NCBI GenBank assembly: GCA_964016885.1
Contig: OZ024746.1
Span: 88,226,001 to 88,290,000 of the forward strand
From: Eledone cirrhosa
Taxonomy: Eukaryota
Direction of reading: 5' to 3'
DNA: 64,000 bases
Positions 28,205 to 42,063 of this stretch are shown here, piece by piece. Position 1 is the stretch's first letter. The number at the start of each line of letters is the position of its first letter. The position numbers and the translations under genes are program-made. The notes below the pieces were generated by a model. That model was given only the letters and a program-made list of their open reading frames with translations, was not told where the DNA came from and ran no database searches.

Positions 28205-30660
28205 ATTATTTTATATGTTACGTGCTAGGAGCATATGCATTCTGAAAGACAGACTAAAACCCTCTCTCGATACACAGAAAGACATTTGTTGACCACCAGG
28301 CTGCCCTTCGGTACCAAGTGAATCGTCTGTATTTTGAGATCCACGTTTTTTTCGAAACAGAACATCAACTCCCTCTCCGTAGATCTCAAAATCATCGAAC
28401 ATGGGGGTTAGCTACTGCTTGTCGTGAATCTTAGACTCGGTGATGGCTATCACATCTATACGATGTGACCTGAGATAATTTAAAAGCTGGCCCGGTTTCC
28501 AGGCCACGGCCATGTACATTCAAACATCCAACTTGTATAGTCGCCATGTTGGTGAAGAAGAGTTAAGGAGCGAAAAGGCAGGAACATTTACCTTTTCGTT
28601 TCCTGGATGTCGAGTTATTCGACCTCCATTCCAGATTGGTGCTGTTTGGGGAGGTAGGGAGTCATTTTAGCAGGACACAGTTAAAGGGCATTTGCCACAT
28701 CATGTGGGAAGTTCTCTTTTAAAGTTTCATACTGTAGGGTTGTTACCCTGATATGGTTGAGGTTTGGGTGTGGGTCGTTGGTCGGGAAGGTTTTCCCTTC
28801 CGTTTGTATAGTAGGTCCTTCGGACAGTTTCCAGCGATTCTTTGTTATGTGTTTTTATGTATGTGTATTGTGCTTTGTTTTTTATGTGTACTGTTTCTGT
28901 TTGTAGTTTTCTTTTTGTGGTTGGGGTTTGTGATTGCGGTGGTGTGGGTGTTTGTTTTGTTGGTGAAGTGTTTGGTTGTGTTGGTGGTGATTGTCTTGTT
29001 GGTGTGTTTAATGTTTGTGGCAGTGTGTTTATGGTGGAGTTGGGTGTGTGCGTGTTTTCTGTAGATGTGTTTGTGTCTTTTTTGTTTTTTGGATTTTTGG
29101 GGTTCCTGTTCGTTCTGACTTGGAGATGTAGAGGTTCCCGTGTCTGAGACTTCTGAATCAGGGGTACATGGGAGGGTATGTTGTGTGGTGGAGTGTTTGT
29201 GCCGGTGTTTTGGGAAGTATTTGACAAGGAGGAAAGAGGCAATGGAGGGTTTTTCAGTGCGATTGTATCTGTGTGGTTGTCTCTGGTCTGTGGTGGTGTG
29301 GGAGTGGATGTTGCAGGTATTTGTGTTGTGTTTGCTTTGAGGTGTTGATGTTGGGGTTTTGGTGTTCGTAATAACACATTGTTTGTCCTCGGTTTGTTTA
29401 AGAGAGGGCAAAAGGCCTTTAAGTGTGTGGTTTTCCCACACATATGGCACTGAGGTCTTTGCCCCTCCACTAAAATGGGGATGACATCTTCCTCAAGGAC
29501 GATCATGTCCGGTATTTTCTCAACTCGCTCTAGCCTCATTTGTACCAGAACCTCGATGCAGGCTCTAAACCAGTTATGCCGATCTGTCCTGTCTACAGAT
29601 AGGAGGGTGTCCTCATCCTTCTTGAGGATGCAGCGTAGGATCCACCATATATTGACCTGGGCTCGGATCCTGGTTATTTTTATTTTGTAGGATTTCTTCC
29701 CATGTATGTGGGGAAGATGTGTTGATCCGTTTTTTATTGGGTGAACCGAGTATTTTTGTGACAGAGTTTGACTCTTAATGAGAACTGACACACTTCCATA
29801 CTGTTTATCTCTTTGGAGGTATGCCACATCAGGCTTGATATCTTTTAGTGCAGCTTCAATAGTGCTTGTTGGGAGCGTTATGTGTTTTTTGGTAATTATG
29901 TCAACTGTTCTATAAATTAGTTTCTTTTTATGTGTCATTTCTCTTACTTGTGGGGGTATGTGTATGTGTGGGGCGTCTCCCTCAAACGTCACATAGTTGG
30001 AAGCTTCTTCCAAATATTGGGACTTTTGGGAAATGTCCATTGAGTATTATTTAACATGCTGTTGCTTAGCAACGGTTGCTGCAAATGAAATTTTGTTATT
30101 GCTGTTGGTGGTGTTGATGATGGTCTCATTCGTTGTGTTGCCACTAATTCGTTTTGTTTTATTGTTGTAGTTCCCATTTATTGGGTTGTTGTTGTTGTTG
30201 TTTTTGCGGTGGTGTTAGTATTTGCTACATATACTTCCTTCTGTGCGTGAATACATGTGACGTTTGTGACGTCAGGCGTGTTCAGTTGCTTACAAGAAGG
30301 TGAAGCTTGTTCCTCTTCAAAATGTTGAGGCAATAGTGTTGGAATTCCTTTGTCCATGTCTGCTGCTACCTGCTGGTCAAGTAGGCATGGCTTTCCCTTC
30401 CCATCTTCTTGTTTTGACAAAAAAGTAGGTTCCTTTGCTTCGGCAATTTTTTAAAAATTGAAATGTTTTGCAAAAATATTTTCGAAAATATGTTGGATGT
30501 TTTTGCCCTGAGAGGCACGATATTTTGGGAGACTGACCAGATCAAAATTTGACCTGTTAGTCCCTCTAAAAATGTTTATAAAAATAAAAGTTCACAATGA
30601 TGAATTTCTAAAGAAATTTAAACAAAATTTACCGAGCAAGTTTAACACGTGTCCATCCCA
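28205..30660 (-). mobile_element. L1/Tx1-like LINE 5' half (5' UTR, ORF1 and start of ORF2 APE)
   Basis: ORF1 28727-30040 has a CCHC knuckle (CHMCGKTTHLKAFC) and a Pro/Thr-rich tail. ORF2 starts MATIQVGCLNV at ~28548 with DVIAITESK and GVDVLF. The RT portion is absent. Confidence 0.8.
28727..30040 (-). CDS. LINE ORF1 gag-like zinc-knuckle protein (probably disrupted)
   Basis: 437-aa ORF with ILVEGQRPQCHMCGKTTHLKAFCP. Confidence 0.75.
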   Translation of the reverse strand: MDISQKSQYLEEASNYVTFEGDAPHIHIPPQVREMTHKKKLIYRTVDIITKKHITLPTSTIEAALKDIKPDVAYLQRDKQYGSVSVLIKSQTLSQKYSVHPIKNGSTHLPHIHGKKSYKIKITRIRAQVNIWWILRCILKKDEDTLLSVDRTDRHNWFRACIEVLVQMRLERVEKIPDMIVLEEDVIPILVEGQRPQCHMCGKTTHLKAFCPLLNKPRTNNVLLRTPKPQHQHLKANTTQIPATSTPTPPQTRDNHTDTIALKNPPLPLSSLSNTSQNTGTNTPPHNIPSHVPLIQKSQTREPLHLQVRTNRNPKNPKNKKDTNTSTENTHTPNSTINTLPQTLNTPTRQSPPTQPNTSPTKQTPTPPQSQTPTTKRKLQTETVHIKNKAQYTYIKTHNKESLETVRRTYYTNGRENLPDQRPTPKPQPYQGNNPTV

Positions 30661-32016
30661 AGATAGATAGATAGAATTATAGAATAATATAGTTATCTAC
30701 AATTGAGCATTTATGTGGATTCCACTGCGATTATAACTCTACACCAGTGGATTCCACTACGATTATAACTCTAAAATAAAAATCGTACGCTTTAAAAACT
30801 ACATTTGGAAATAATGTTAGAGACTTGATCTCCCACTACGGTTTCGCAAAACAAAGATACTTAAAGCAACAAGTAAACAGGGTTAAATGACTGAAGAGAA
30901 CATAAGCTAATGCTTATATGATGTTCAGTATTTCTGTGGTAATTATAGGCCATGTCACGTCGAATATTCATCCACATATGCAATTTATTAAAGTACGTTT
31001 GTCATAATTGTTATCCCATTCAAATATATAGAAGCACTCTTGTCTATATTCCTAACAAACTAACATCTTATGACATATAGGTGGACATTAATTTCATGTT
31101 AATTATTTATATCATATGTAAATGCTTGAAAGTAAAAAATAAAGCTGAAATAAATGACCTAAAGACCCAAATAGTATGGCGTGTCCCATCTTAAGGGCAA
31201 ACGCCTATGCCATATCCCCCCCCCCCCCCCCCAGAAAAAAAGAAATAACGGTTTATATAACTTGAAAACGAACTTTCTGGAACTCAAAATTACGTTATCA
31301 ACATCAATCGCCAATAAAAAAAATAATAATTATATATAGCAAAAATTGAATAAGTCTACGCAGGAATTATCAAATGCAATGTGGAGCTGAATGGAATTTG
31401 AACTCAGATAAGGAATGTACGAAACTTTATACATCATTGTGTTTCTTTCGACACTACAAATTCTGCATTCTTTGTAACATTGATTTTGCAATATTTGAAA
31501 CTAATAATTAGAAATCACCACCTCGTCATTTTGTTGCATTCCACGAACAATGTCAAAAATAAAGACAGTAAGAAAACAATGAATGGAAACAATAAAGGAA
31601 ATGCTTCCTCTCCAACAGACCGAAAATATCTAATGAATCTAAAGGAACCGACCAAGACTCTATGAGTTGTATACTAATTAGACACTTACGTCACCATCGC
31701 TAATTACATGGTTAGAATAATTTGCTGTTATATTTGCAAATTGTTACCTTTCATCTAAAAGGAAATAATTGATACCGACCACTATATTACTACTAATATC
31801 ACATTAATCCCTAATTATTTTCCTTAAAGACTATATTTTATTCCTTAAAGCTATTATTCTACATCTGTTGGATGTTTATTGTATTAGAGAGTGTATTTGT
31901 TTTATCATTATTACGTTTATTTTTTTAATATTATATTCATAGATTCGTTCACTCATTCCTTCGTTCAATCACGTACATAGAATATTGCTTGGTTATTGTC
32001 GAAATGTTACGCTTAC

Positions 32017-32250
32017 TCTCTTCAAGTAGAAGGAGAGAAATATATGTTTTACAACTACATTTAGAGGTGTTTGCCCGTAGATAATGAACGGCTTATCGTA
32101 ATATCCATAAGTCCAGTTTTGCATAACGTCTATACTCAGAAAGCATTTTATCATAGACTCCTCCGGGTTTGCTGAATGACAAATATTCGATAGTTGTAAT
32201 AGTAGAATAAATATAAAACAAGTTTCAATCGGAATTCGATTACATAACAT
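32017..32250 (-). CDS. Candidate host gene, exon 1 (signal peptide)
   Basis: ATG, hydrophobic leader CFIFILLLQLSNICHS-AN, 78 codons, then strong phase-0 donor AGA|GTAAGC. Confidence 0.6.
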
Positions 32251-32369
32251 TTCACGTATCGCAATATATGTAATTCTATTTCATATCAATAAAATTGTTT
32301 TATGTGGTCGTGAAGAGAGTATGTATGCATGTATGTTGGTATGTATATATATCTATATGTATATGTCGA

Positions 32370-32950
32370 GTCACTCTTGAGCGCTACTGGTAACATCTAA
32401 TCCAGTACAACCTGTCGCATGGTCGGGTCGTCGGCAACTAAACCGGCAGCCCAACCAAATTTACTTGGTGAGGGAGATTTTGGACACACTGCAGGACAAA
32501 CAAAAACCTGGCAAAGGGAGGAAGAACACATAAGAGTCATCGGCCATCCAAAAATGTGTAAATATGTATATGCATATATGTATGTATATATATGTATGTA
32601 TATTTATATATGCGCTGGGACATAGAAAGAATAGGGCTGGATACCCGATCACGCCTTTAAACCACTGGGAGTGAAGAGCTACTAGCCTTTTTCAGGACAT
32701 TCTCCTAGGAGAAGGCAACTCAGGAAACTTGGATAACTTCGACATAAAAGCGGCGGCTCAGTATTTACCGATGATGGTGATCTTCTTCTTCCTTTCGGGC
32801 CATAGCTTCTGTCGCTCAGAGAATGGAATTGGCTCAGCGCACAGTCTTTCCTCACGTTAAAAACAAATTATTACGCACAGACATTTCACGATAGAATTAA
32901 CTAATAATTATTAATAATGGTATATCGTGCAATGGCCATACTCGATATTG
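32370..32950 (+). mobile_element. Probable RTE-type LINE 5' UTR remnant
   Basis: Motifs such as ctcctaggagaaggcaactc recall RTE 5' ends; no intact ORF. Confidence 0.35.
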
Positions 32951-33129
32951 AGGGGACAGCCATCATATGTACGTATGTATTTATGTATGAATGTTCTTCT
33001 GGTATTATAATTTCACAATGTATGTATTTATGTAGGTATGTATTTATGTGTGAATGTTATCTCTTTCTCATAATTTCGAGTATATGTTTGACCTGCCACC
33101 TTGCTGGTGGCAAAGTTGTAAAAGAAAAG

Positions 33130-34290
33130 AAATTGTGATCCCTTGAATCGCAAGAATGTTTTGCAAATTTTGAAGGTGCCAGCTATCGCAGCCATTTGTA
33201 GACTATGAATTAGGGAGCTGCGCTCTTTGTCCGCAAATCCAAATTCAGCTATACATTGGTCCAAGCGGGTTGGTATATTACCCGTAGCTCCAATAATGAT
33301 GGGTATGAAGCTAAAGGTGTATCTTGGATACTGGATTTGTAAACTCCTCATCAATGGTCCGTAGATGTACTCCTCCTGTATTTTACTCACAACGTTTACA
33401 CAAGTGGGCAGCTGATCTCCACACCAGAACACATTTTCAATGTGTGGTCCCAAACAACAATATCAGGCCGGTTGTGGTGGCAGTTTTTATTTTCAGGTTC
33501 CACCAGTATTCCTTAGTACCATCTGTCTCAATATATTCTTCCTCGTTTGTTTTTAATTTTGTGTTCCGAAGTGCGTTCTAGATGGTTCTAGCTATCCCAT
33601 CGTGTTTCATGGGGAGGTAGTAGCGAGATGACATTCTTTCGCAGCTGGCAACAATGTGGCTTAGATCTCCGATCTTTGTTTTACATAGCCTCCATTTAAT
33701 ATTCAGCTGATGGCGCTCCTCTTTTGTGCAGCAGATATTTGGTAGGGAGTTCTTGTTGCTGTATTGCATAGAGATATCCCTCAAGGTGTGATGTCATAAA
33801 CTTGTCGGAACTCCATGCCAGGCTTATTGAGTGGTTTATCCCCTCTATGATCTGTGTTTTACGTCTCAAGTATCCGTGCACAACTTTTTCTGTAAATTGG
33901 TCAATTGTTTCATCTTGTTTTAACATTGCATAGGATCTTCCGATTTCTCTGGTGAGAGATTTATATCAGGCTTTATTCCATATCTCTCCTCCAGGTCAGT
34001 GTCTATCCTAATGATATGTTTTTCTTCATGCTCAATAACCTGGGCAAGATGGTTGCCAACCTTTTTCCTCTGTTGAAGATGTTGCTTCATTGTTACTATC
34101 TGGGTCTCATGTAATGTTAATATGGATTTTAGACCCCGGTCAACTTCCTTGCGTGAGAAGTATAGCCTATCCACATCACCATTGATGTTAAAGTTCCCAG
34201 TAACACTGAGAAGTTTGCGAGTTCTAACATCTATCTCACTTAGTTCTTGCAATGATCAGTTCATCAGGTCAAATGCTGGCGTGAGAATTG
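33130..34290 (-). pseudogene. R4/Dong-type RLE LINE 3' remnant
   Basis: Frameshifted pieces: DVDRLYFSRKEVDRGL, VHGY, AIQQQELPTKY, RLCKTK..LSHIVASC..HD, PDIVV and IPIIIGATG. Confidence 0.85.
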
Positions 34291-34489
34291 GCACAGCATA
34301 AGTATTGTTGGCAATGTACTTGTTGTACGCTGACAATTCTGATGACCATATTTTCTTTACTCTATGTATGTATTTATGAATGTATATATGTATTTATGTA
34401 TGTATATATGTATTTATGTATGTATATATGTATTTATGTATGTATATATTTATTTACAATACATCACCTGCTATTTCTTCCTTTCTGCG

Positions 34490-34770
34490 CCAACAGTGTC
34501 CAGCAAATCTGAGTCTCTGTCCACGTATTGACCTGCTGATAGGTGGTATATTGCCATAGAGATCCTTATTTGTTGGGTGTTCCCTCCAAGACATCCCATG
34601 GAGCAAGACACGCTGGTCGTTCCAAGAAGACATACGTCAAGCAACTTGAGGACGATACTGGATGCACTACGGAAGAACTGGCAAAGGCTATGAGAGACAT
34701 AGATGGATGGAGGAAACGTGTCATAGAAAACCGAGCAAGTTCGACCTGATGATGATGATGATGATAATGA
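34490..34770 (+). pseudogene. RTE-type LINE 3' end with (TGA)n tail
   Basis: HGARHAGRSKKTYVKQLEDDTG..LAKAMRDIDGWRKRV followed by tgatgatga. Confidence 0.75.
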
Positions 34771-35089
34771 TATTTATGTATGCATATATGCTTGTCTGTA
34801 TACATATAGTATGTATGTATATGTTTATTTGTATGTATTTATGTATGCATGCATATATGTATATACGTATGTTCTTTTGTATTATGTTATAAACAGGGAG
34901 AGCGTCCCGCTTTCTAAGATAGCAAAAAAAACGTTCGTTGGTATTCAAACAATACCAACTAGGTAAATACCAACGTACGTCTGCATGCGTTTGTGTGTGT
35001 AAATGTGTCTGCGATATTTCATGTGTGAATCTGTATGTTTGAGACTTATGTGAACACGTGTGAAAATGTGTGTATCTCAACGTTTATAT

Positions 35090-35330
35090 ATGCAATTACC
35101 GAGCTCCTCCGCAAAATGGGAGCGTTTGTGGCCTTTTTGAGGAGGGAGCCCCGAGTCGTTGGGTGGCTGTTGCAGCGGGTCTCACTGGCCGTAGTCGGCG
35201 GGATTGGTTTTGCCGACTTAGCACTTCTGCCCTTTTATACTAGGCCCTAAGCCTAATCACCCTCCTCCTTCACACCTTCTCTTCTGCGACGCCAGAGTGC
35301 TTGCCACCCGCTTCCTGTTATTTTTCTTCA
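35090..35330 (+). pseudogene. Possible CRE-type LINE 3' remnant
   Basis: WLLQRVSLAVVGG resembles the terminal L.QR.S.A..RGN motif; GC-rich island. Confidence 0.45.
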
Positions 35331-35909
35331 TTCCTTCTCACTTGTTTCACTATATTTCCTTATTCTTTCTTTTCTTTTGTTTCCCTTTATTATTATTCCC
35401 CTCATTATAGTTGTCATAATTATTATTGGTATTGCAGAAAATAAAACATTAAAAAAATAATTATTATTATCTGTGTGTATATATGCAACATGGTTTTGTG
35501 AGGTCCAGGTTCTCGGTATTTGTACTGAGGCAGTTAGTAACACATGCCAGAGACCGAATGATGACAGGTAGAAATTTACAGATATACATATTTTGGAATA
35601 TCTACAGATTCCTCATTAGTTCTGCAAAAAAAACTTTTTGCTAATCCTTAGCATAATATCTACAGATGTTAGACACCTGATTTACATTACAGTGCACCCT
35701 TCATTGTTATGTGTCATATCACTATGTCTGGACTGTTATGTTTGCATTATATTGGGGTTTGACTACAATATGTAGACAGTACTCTTTTATTTCTATGCCT
35801 ATGTCTTCCACGTTACTGTACCTTTTTTATACCTTTATTCTCTGGGTTCTTCTTCAAACGGATTACTTTGAATAGTATTTTGTTCAATACACGATGCCTC
35901 ATATGTACA

Positions 35910-36012
35910 TAATTGTTTCTACTTTTGGCACAAGGCCAGCAATTACATTACCGGTACTTTATGTTATCGATCCCGTAAGGATGAAAGGCAAAGTTAACCT
36001 CGGTGGGATTAA
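35910..36012 (-). mobile_element. SINE 3' half (MetaSINE/MESC-like core)
   Basis: Matches the family core. cctcatatgtacataat occurs on both sides (possible TSD). Confidence 0.75.
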
Positions 36013-36837
36013 CCTCATATGTACATAATATCATGATGAAATCTTCGATGGGTGCCCTCTTCGATATCGGCATTTATATTCGTAACAAGTTGTTTTCGCA
36101 ACCTGTCTATCTCTTTCAGCACCAGGTATTTTGGTGTTATTACCTTTTCTTGGATTGCAAAAGCATATCATGCAAATAGCCATGAATAATATTTTTTGCT
36201 GATAAGCATTTCATGCAGGGATTCATTGTGGAATCGCTATGCAATTTTGCTGAGGGTGATGTTTTTAGATAGAATGTAGGGATTATTTGTCTTGGAGCTG
36301 CTTCACAAAACTTATGTTTTTACTTCATTCATGTACATTTGGTTTATACTTGGGCTTCTAGGCTTGGTGATCCGTAGATGTTGAGGGGAGTGCATTATAG
36401 GATAGGCCTCTATATTTCTGTCTTTCTGTATTTCTGTTGACATATATATACGCTGGTAACAAACCGGAATGTTATATCCCTAGTAAGTAGAGCACTTAGT
36501 CTAAAGGAGGAGTTCGGTATAGAGTTATTTCCTCAACAAATTAGCAAATCATACTCGTTGACGTGCGTTCCACCGAACAGATCATTGTCGATGTGGAATT
36601 TCCTGGCATCGGTTAGACCATTAGGGTTTTAGCATTATTGTATGGGACCCCATTTTGCGTTCAGTCAAGTAGTAGAAAAATCGGTTTCAACATGGGCACA
36701 GCAAACTCATTTAGTGCTGCTGGTATATTGAATGTATGTATGTGTATGTATACATATGTATATAGGTATGTATGTATATATGCATGTATGAATGTATTTA
36801 CTGCTGTCTGACTGTCTGTATCAATATATATATGTAT

Positions 36838-37350
36838 GCAGTGTCTCCGAATGATTTTCGATATCAAGTGACAGCTGAGTGATGTTGAGGCCCTTGAGAG
36901 AGGTGAGTGTCGGTACATTGAAAGTATCACCCAGCAACGATGTTTGTGATGGAGCTGATATCTCAGCAGAATGGAGGATGAGCGAATCACGAACAAACGT
37001 TTGTATGGCGAGCTTTGTAAATGTAAGAGACCAGCTAACAAAGAAAAGTTCCGCTTCGAAGATTGTGTAAGGACTCACTAAACAAAAAACTGATTTGATG
37101 GTGGCTGTTTGGCAGATAGAAGCTCTTGAAAGAGAAACTTGGCGTGGAATGGTGATTGATGGGGTCCATAATTTAGAGAACAGAGGTATAGGGCACGAGC
37201 AGATCAAATGGGATTTGTGTAAGCAATGCCTTGGTGTATTTCTCGAAACGATCGGTGTCTCCATTGAAATTATGTGTCCTGGGACTGGAAAGATTTGCTC
37301 GTGCAAATCTGGACTCAGGATTCACAGTCGCCGCCATGTTGAATGAAACC
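36838..37350 (+). pseudogene. RTE/BovB-like LINE 3' remnant
   Basis: CLRMIF..ISRMEDERI..RLYGEL..RFEDCV..ALERETWR and a terminal C2H2-like CKSGLRIHSRRH. Confidence 0.75.
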
Positions 37351-37442
37351 CAGTGAAATAACATATCCACGGTATTGTGAATGTCCTCAAGCAACCTGTT
37401 GCAAGACCTGGCCCAGAGAGACGCGGTTTGCATACATATACA

Positions 37443-37718
<276 letters not shown>

Positions 37719-37921
37719 ATTGTATACGTACATACATATATGTATACATACGTACAGTAGTATGAATATATATATACATACATGCACACATATATCTATG
37801 TAAGTATCGATTTACCGAACATTTATTATAATGCTCGGTTTGTTTGTAAACAAACATCCCGAATTAAGCTGTACAGTGTTTAGCTACCATCGTTGCCCTT
37901 TTGTTCAACACTGACAAAGGA

Positions 37922-37964
37922 ACGATGTACTAGTTTCAAGCTTATTAGCTATCGTCAGCACCGT
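37922..37964 (-). ncRNA. Minimal type I hammerhead ribozyme (F1)
   Basis: ACGGTG CTGACGA TAGCTAATAAGCTT GAAA CTAG TA CATCGT on the minus strand. Confidence 0.88.
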
Positions 37965-38094
37965 ATACCTTCCTACCAGATGATTGAACGTCTGAAAGTA
38001 TATACTTTCTTCACGCTTATTAGGTTGCTCAGCCGTTAATATGCATCAGGAAGGTATATACTTTCAGACGTTCAATCATCTGGCAGGAAAGTAT

Positions 38095-38137
38095 ACGGTG
38101 CTGACGATAGCTAATAAGCTTGAAACTAGTACATCGT
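38095..38137 (+). ncRNA. Minimal type I hammerhead ribozyme (F1)
   Basis: Identical motif on the plus strand. Confidence 0.88.
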
Positions 38138-38382
38138 TCCTATGCACACACACATATATATATATATGTGTGTGTGCATGTATGTATATATATACGTACT
38201 ACTGTACGTATGTATACATATATGTATGTACGTATACATACTTATATATAAGCAACAGCCGTACTAAGAGTGAGAAATGAAATTTCGTTTCTTTTTTCCA
38301 TATATATATATATATATACAGAAAGAGAGAGAGGGGGGAGAGAGAGAGGCAGAGAGACACAGAGAGCGAGAGAGAGAGAGAG

Positions 38383-38471
<89 letters not shown>

Positions 38472-39029
38472 AGTGAGAGAATTTAGATGATTCTGGCTTT
38501 GCATTAATTCCTCTAGACAGTAAAATTTCAAAGTGGTGCTGGAATCTGGGTTGATGCAGTAATACGTGGTATTCAATGCTGATTGAAGACATTGTCATTG
38601 ATATGATGTGCCGTGAGATGTGTTAATATTGTTACTGAATCCAGCAAAAAGGGTCACAATACTAATTTGTTGGAGCAAAAGAAAGAGGAGAGATGTTATA
38701 ATAGTATGAGAAACAGGAGTATTTTCAACAAATATTGATGTTTCGCCATTCGATATTTCACCAGCTAAACGTCTTTTATTTTTAGTTTCATCACTGAATT
38801 TCGATAATTATTCGCTTTAACCAACTTCGCTTGGTTCTGTTGCCCTTGCCATTTGGAAGTTCTAGAATGATAAATGTGTTGGAAGTTATGACATTTTGAG
38901 TGAAAAGGTAGACTGTTATCGGCAAAATGATGGTAAATTCTGGGTTAGAAGCTGGATATATTGACTCATCCGCTTCTTTGCCAAAACCAAATCGGTGGAT
39001 GCGTGAAAACCTTTGACTCACACATTGTA

Positions 39030-39248
39030 CAGGGTGACCACAAAAACACTCCTTGATTTGAAATACTTATAATATCAAAACTTAAATGAATATCCCTACG
39101 ATATTTTAACTTCAGTTGATAAACTAACAAGTCTTCTTTCCTTAATTGCAGAATTGACAGGATCCATCCGCTAAACTGAAGAGTAATTCAGGTTCGCGTA
39201 CAAACCACAACAATGCAGCTGTTGTGTTGTTTTTTTTTGGTCACCCTG
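39030..39248. mobile_element. Tc1/mariner MITE
   Basis: TA|CAGGGTGACCA...TGGTCACCCTG|TA terminal inverted repeats with TA TSD. Confidence 0.85.
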
Positions 39249-40452
39249 TATATAACCAGAGAGATTGGAATATATTTTCTACCGGTTAGTAGAAAATATT
39301 GGACGGTACAATTATTCTGTATTCATCTAAGTCACTGCAATGTGTTGAAATTGTTTAATTTGAATGTTTTGCTTTTAACATTATAATATTTTGTATTTAT
39401 ATATTTTATCATTAATTTGGAATATTTAATTGTAAAGGTATTTAGCTGTTGTTTGGTAATTTAAATACATACATGTGTTCGATTTAATTTATTTCTATTT
39501 TGTATTGAGGTATATATTCATTTAACGTATTTAGTTTCGTATGATTGCGATTTCTGGAACGATTTCATTTTATCGTCTTGTTAATTTAATTTTATTGTTA
39601 AGTTAAGGAGTTGTTAAAATAGGTTCGTGTCGTTTTTATTTGATCGTTAACTCAGTTGTTTATTTCTGGAAGATTATTTGATCCTGTGTAATTGATAGTT
39701 ACGAGGATTTAATTTCAGTCGTTTCCGTTCAATTTAATCGTTCTGTGAGAGTTTTACGTCGTTGCTTTTAGGTTAAATGTCAATTGCGAAGATTTCTTTA
39801 TAATACTGCGCTTAGTTACACATTGATCCCATTTATTTTCTTTTTTTAATTAGAATTATTGATACAATTAAACATTTGATCGTAGTGCTATTCAATTTGG
39901 GTTCGGATCTCTTTTCTATATATATTAAATTAATTACATTTTAATAACATTATTTGGTTCAATATTAATTGTTGGCAACATACCTACTTACTAGATAACC
40001 GATGCATCCATATTATAAAGGAATTTCAATTACTCAGGAATATATATATATGTATGTATATGGATATGAATGTTTCAAATGCATGTAGCACACACATGCA
40101 CCAACACAGAAACACAGTCACACAAACACACATACACACAAATATATATATATATATGTAAGTGTTTCGGTAACCTAACTTCTAAATCAAGGAAACTTAC
40201 ACTGGCATACAGGCACACACATACACTACAAACAAATGTAATCTCCGATCACGACATCGAGTTCGCACGGAACATATACATATATATATATACGATATTA
40301 ACAAATGGAAACTATATTTATAAAACCATATTTAAATATAGTTTCCATTTGTTAATATCGTATTTTTACTCCAAATATTTGTTGAGTGTTTTATATCAGT
40401 TATAAAAATATTTGCTTGTTGTATCCCAACAATTTAAATAGAACTTTTACAT

Positions 40453-40605
<153 letters not shown>

Positions 40606-41039
40606 AAGATATTTGGAGAGAAAACTCACATAGGTTAGGACTGCCTACAGATGTGAGAATAAACTGTTTCATTTGAAAATATTTACACACCATTCAAAAC
40701 TGATAATATTTAACAAAATTTAAATCCATTTTATGTAACAATTATAAAAGCATTCATTCTGTCGGATTAAAGGTAAAAATATTCTTTAAATATAACCCTG
40801 TGCTTTTTCACTTCTAATGTGTATTTAATATTTTTTATATTTATTTAATTTTATTTAATTGGAACTACTTCAGTATTCAACTATATATATATGCTCACTT
40901 AATCAGGATCCAGCTGTCGAAACGCCAAGGCTCAGCGTCGGGATCCTGACTAATCTGTCTCTCTCTCTCTATTTGTTGTGTGTGTGTGTCTGAGAGAGAG
41001 AAAAACACTCTATATGTGTTTAATATATATATATACACA

Positions 41040-41056
41040 CATACGATAACACACAA

Positions 41057-41099
<43 letters not shown>

Positions 41100-41535
41100 C
41101 ATACACACAAACACACGACAGCCTAGGTTGAAGCAAGCAGAATTTTGGCTGCTTACTAAAACGTATGGATACTAAAAAGTTAACACGCACATACACAGAC
41201 ACACACATAGACACAGACACATACACACAAACACACGACAGCTTGGGGCAAGCATAATGTTGACTGCTTAATAAATCGTAGACACATATAAATATAACAC
41301 ACACACACACACGCATACACATAAAAACACGACAGCGTAGGTTGAAGCAAGCAGAATTTTGGCTGCTTACTAAAACGTATGGACACAAAAAACTAACACG
41401 CACATACACACACACACATACACGCAGACACATACAGACAAACACACCACAACTTGGGGCAAGTAGAATTTTGACTGCTTACTAAATTGTAGACACATAA
41501 AAATATAACACACACACACACACACTAATACACAC
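41040..41535. repeat. Minisatellite of ~110-bp units in ABAB higher-order arrangement
   Basis: Type A (..taggttgaagcaagcagaattttggctgc..) at 41112 and 41327; type B (..cttggggcaag..ttgactgc..) at 41232 and 41445; separated by (CA)n. Confidence 0.85.
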
Positions 41536-41638
41536 AATATAACACTGAATGCGGCTTTGGGGGGGGGGAGGCAGCAAGCCTCACTTTCCGCTATAGCGAT
41601 TGGACTGCATGCCCTGCTTTCCAGGTTACCCTTCGCCA

Positions 41639-41673
<35 letters not shown>

Positions 41674-42063
41674 TTGCGAGGTTTTTTATATGAAATCGTG
41701 TGTCGAAACAGATATTGTTATATTTGGGGAGGGTCATATTTGCGTAATATTGCCAGAATTAATAACAGAACACACTCACTGTTTGGTTGGTTTTCGCTTC
41801 TCGCTGTCTTTTATATATATATATCTGCGATCTAACTTACTCGGTCCTCAATGTTGCCATTGACTGACCGGCGGTCAAAAATAATACAGATACAATATAG
41901 ACAAACACATATATATATAGTTTACATAAATCTTTCGTTGCACATCTGCAACATCGTCAGTGGTGTTATATTCATTGTTCCTCCTGTTGTGTTGTATGTC
42001 TACGCCATTTTTTTTTTTTGTTCAGTCTGTCTATATATTTATTTATTTATTTGCTTATTTATT

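Noticed and set aside
41112-41500. CRISPR-like array
   Set aside because: Eukaryotic context; the spacers are (CA)n and there are no cas genes.
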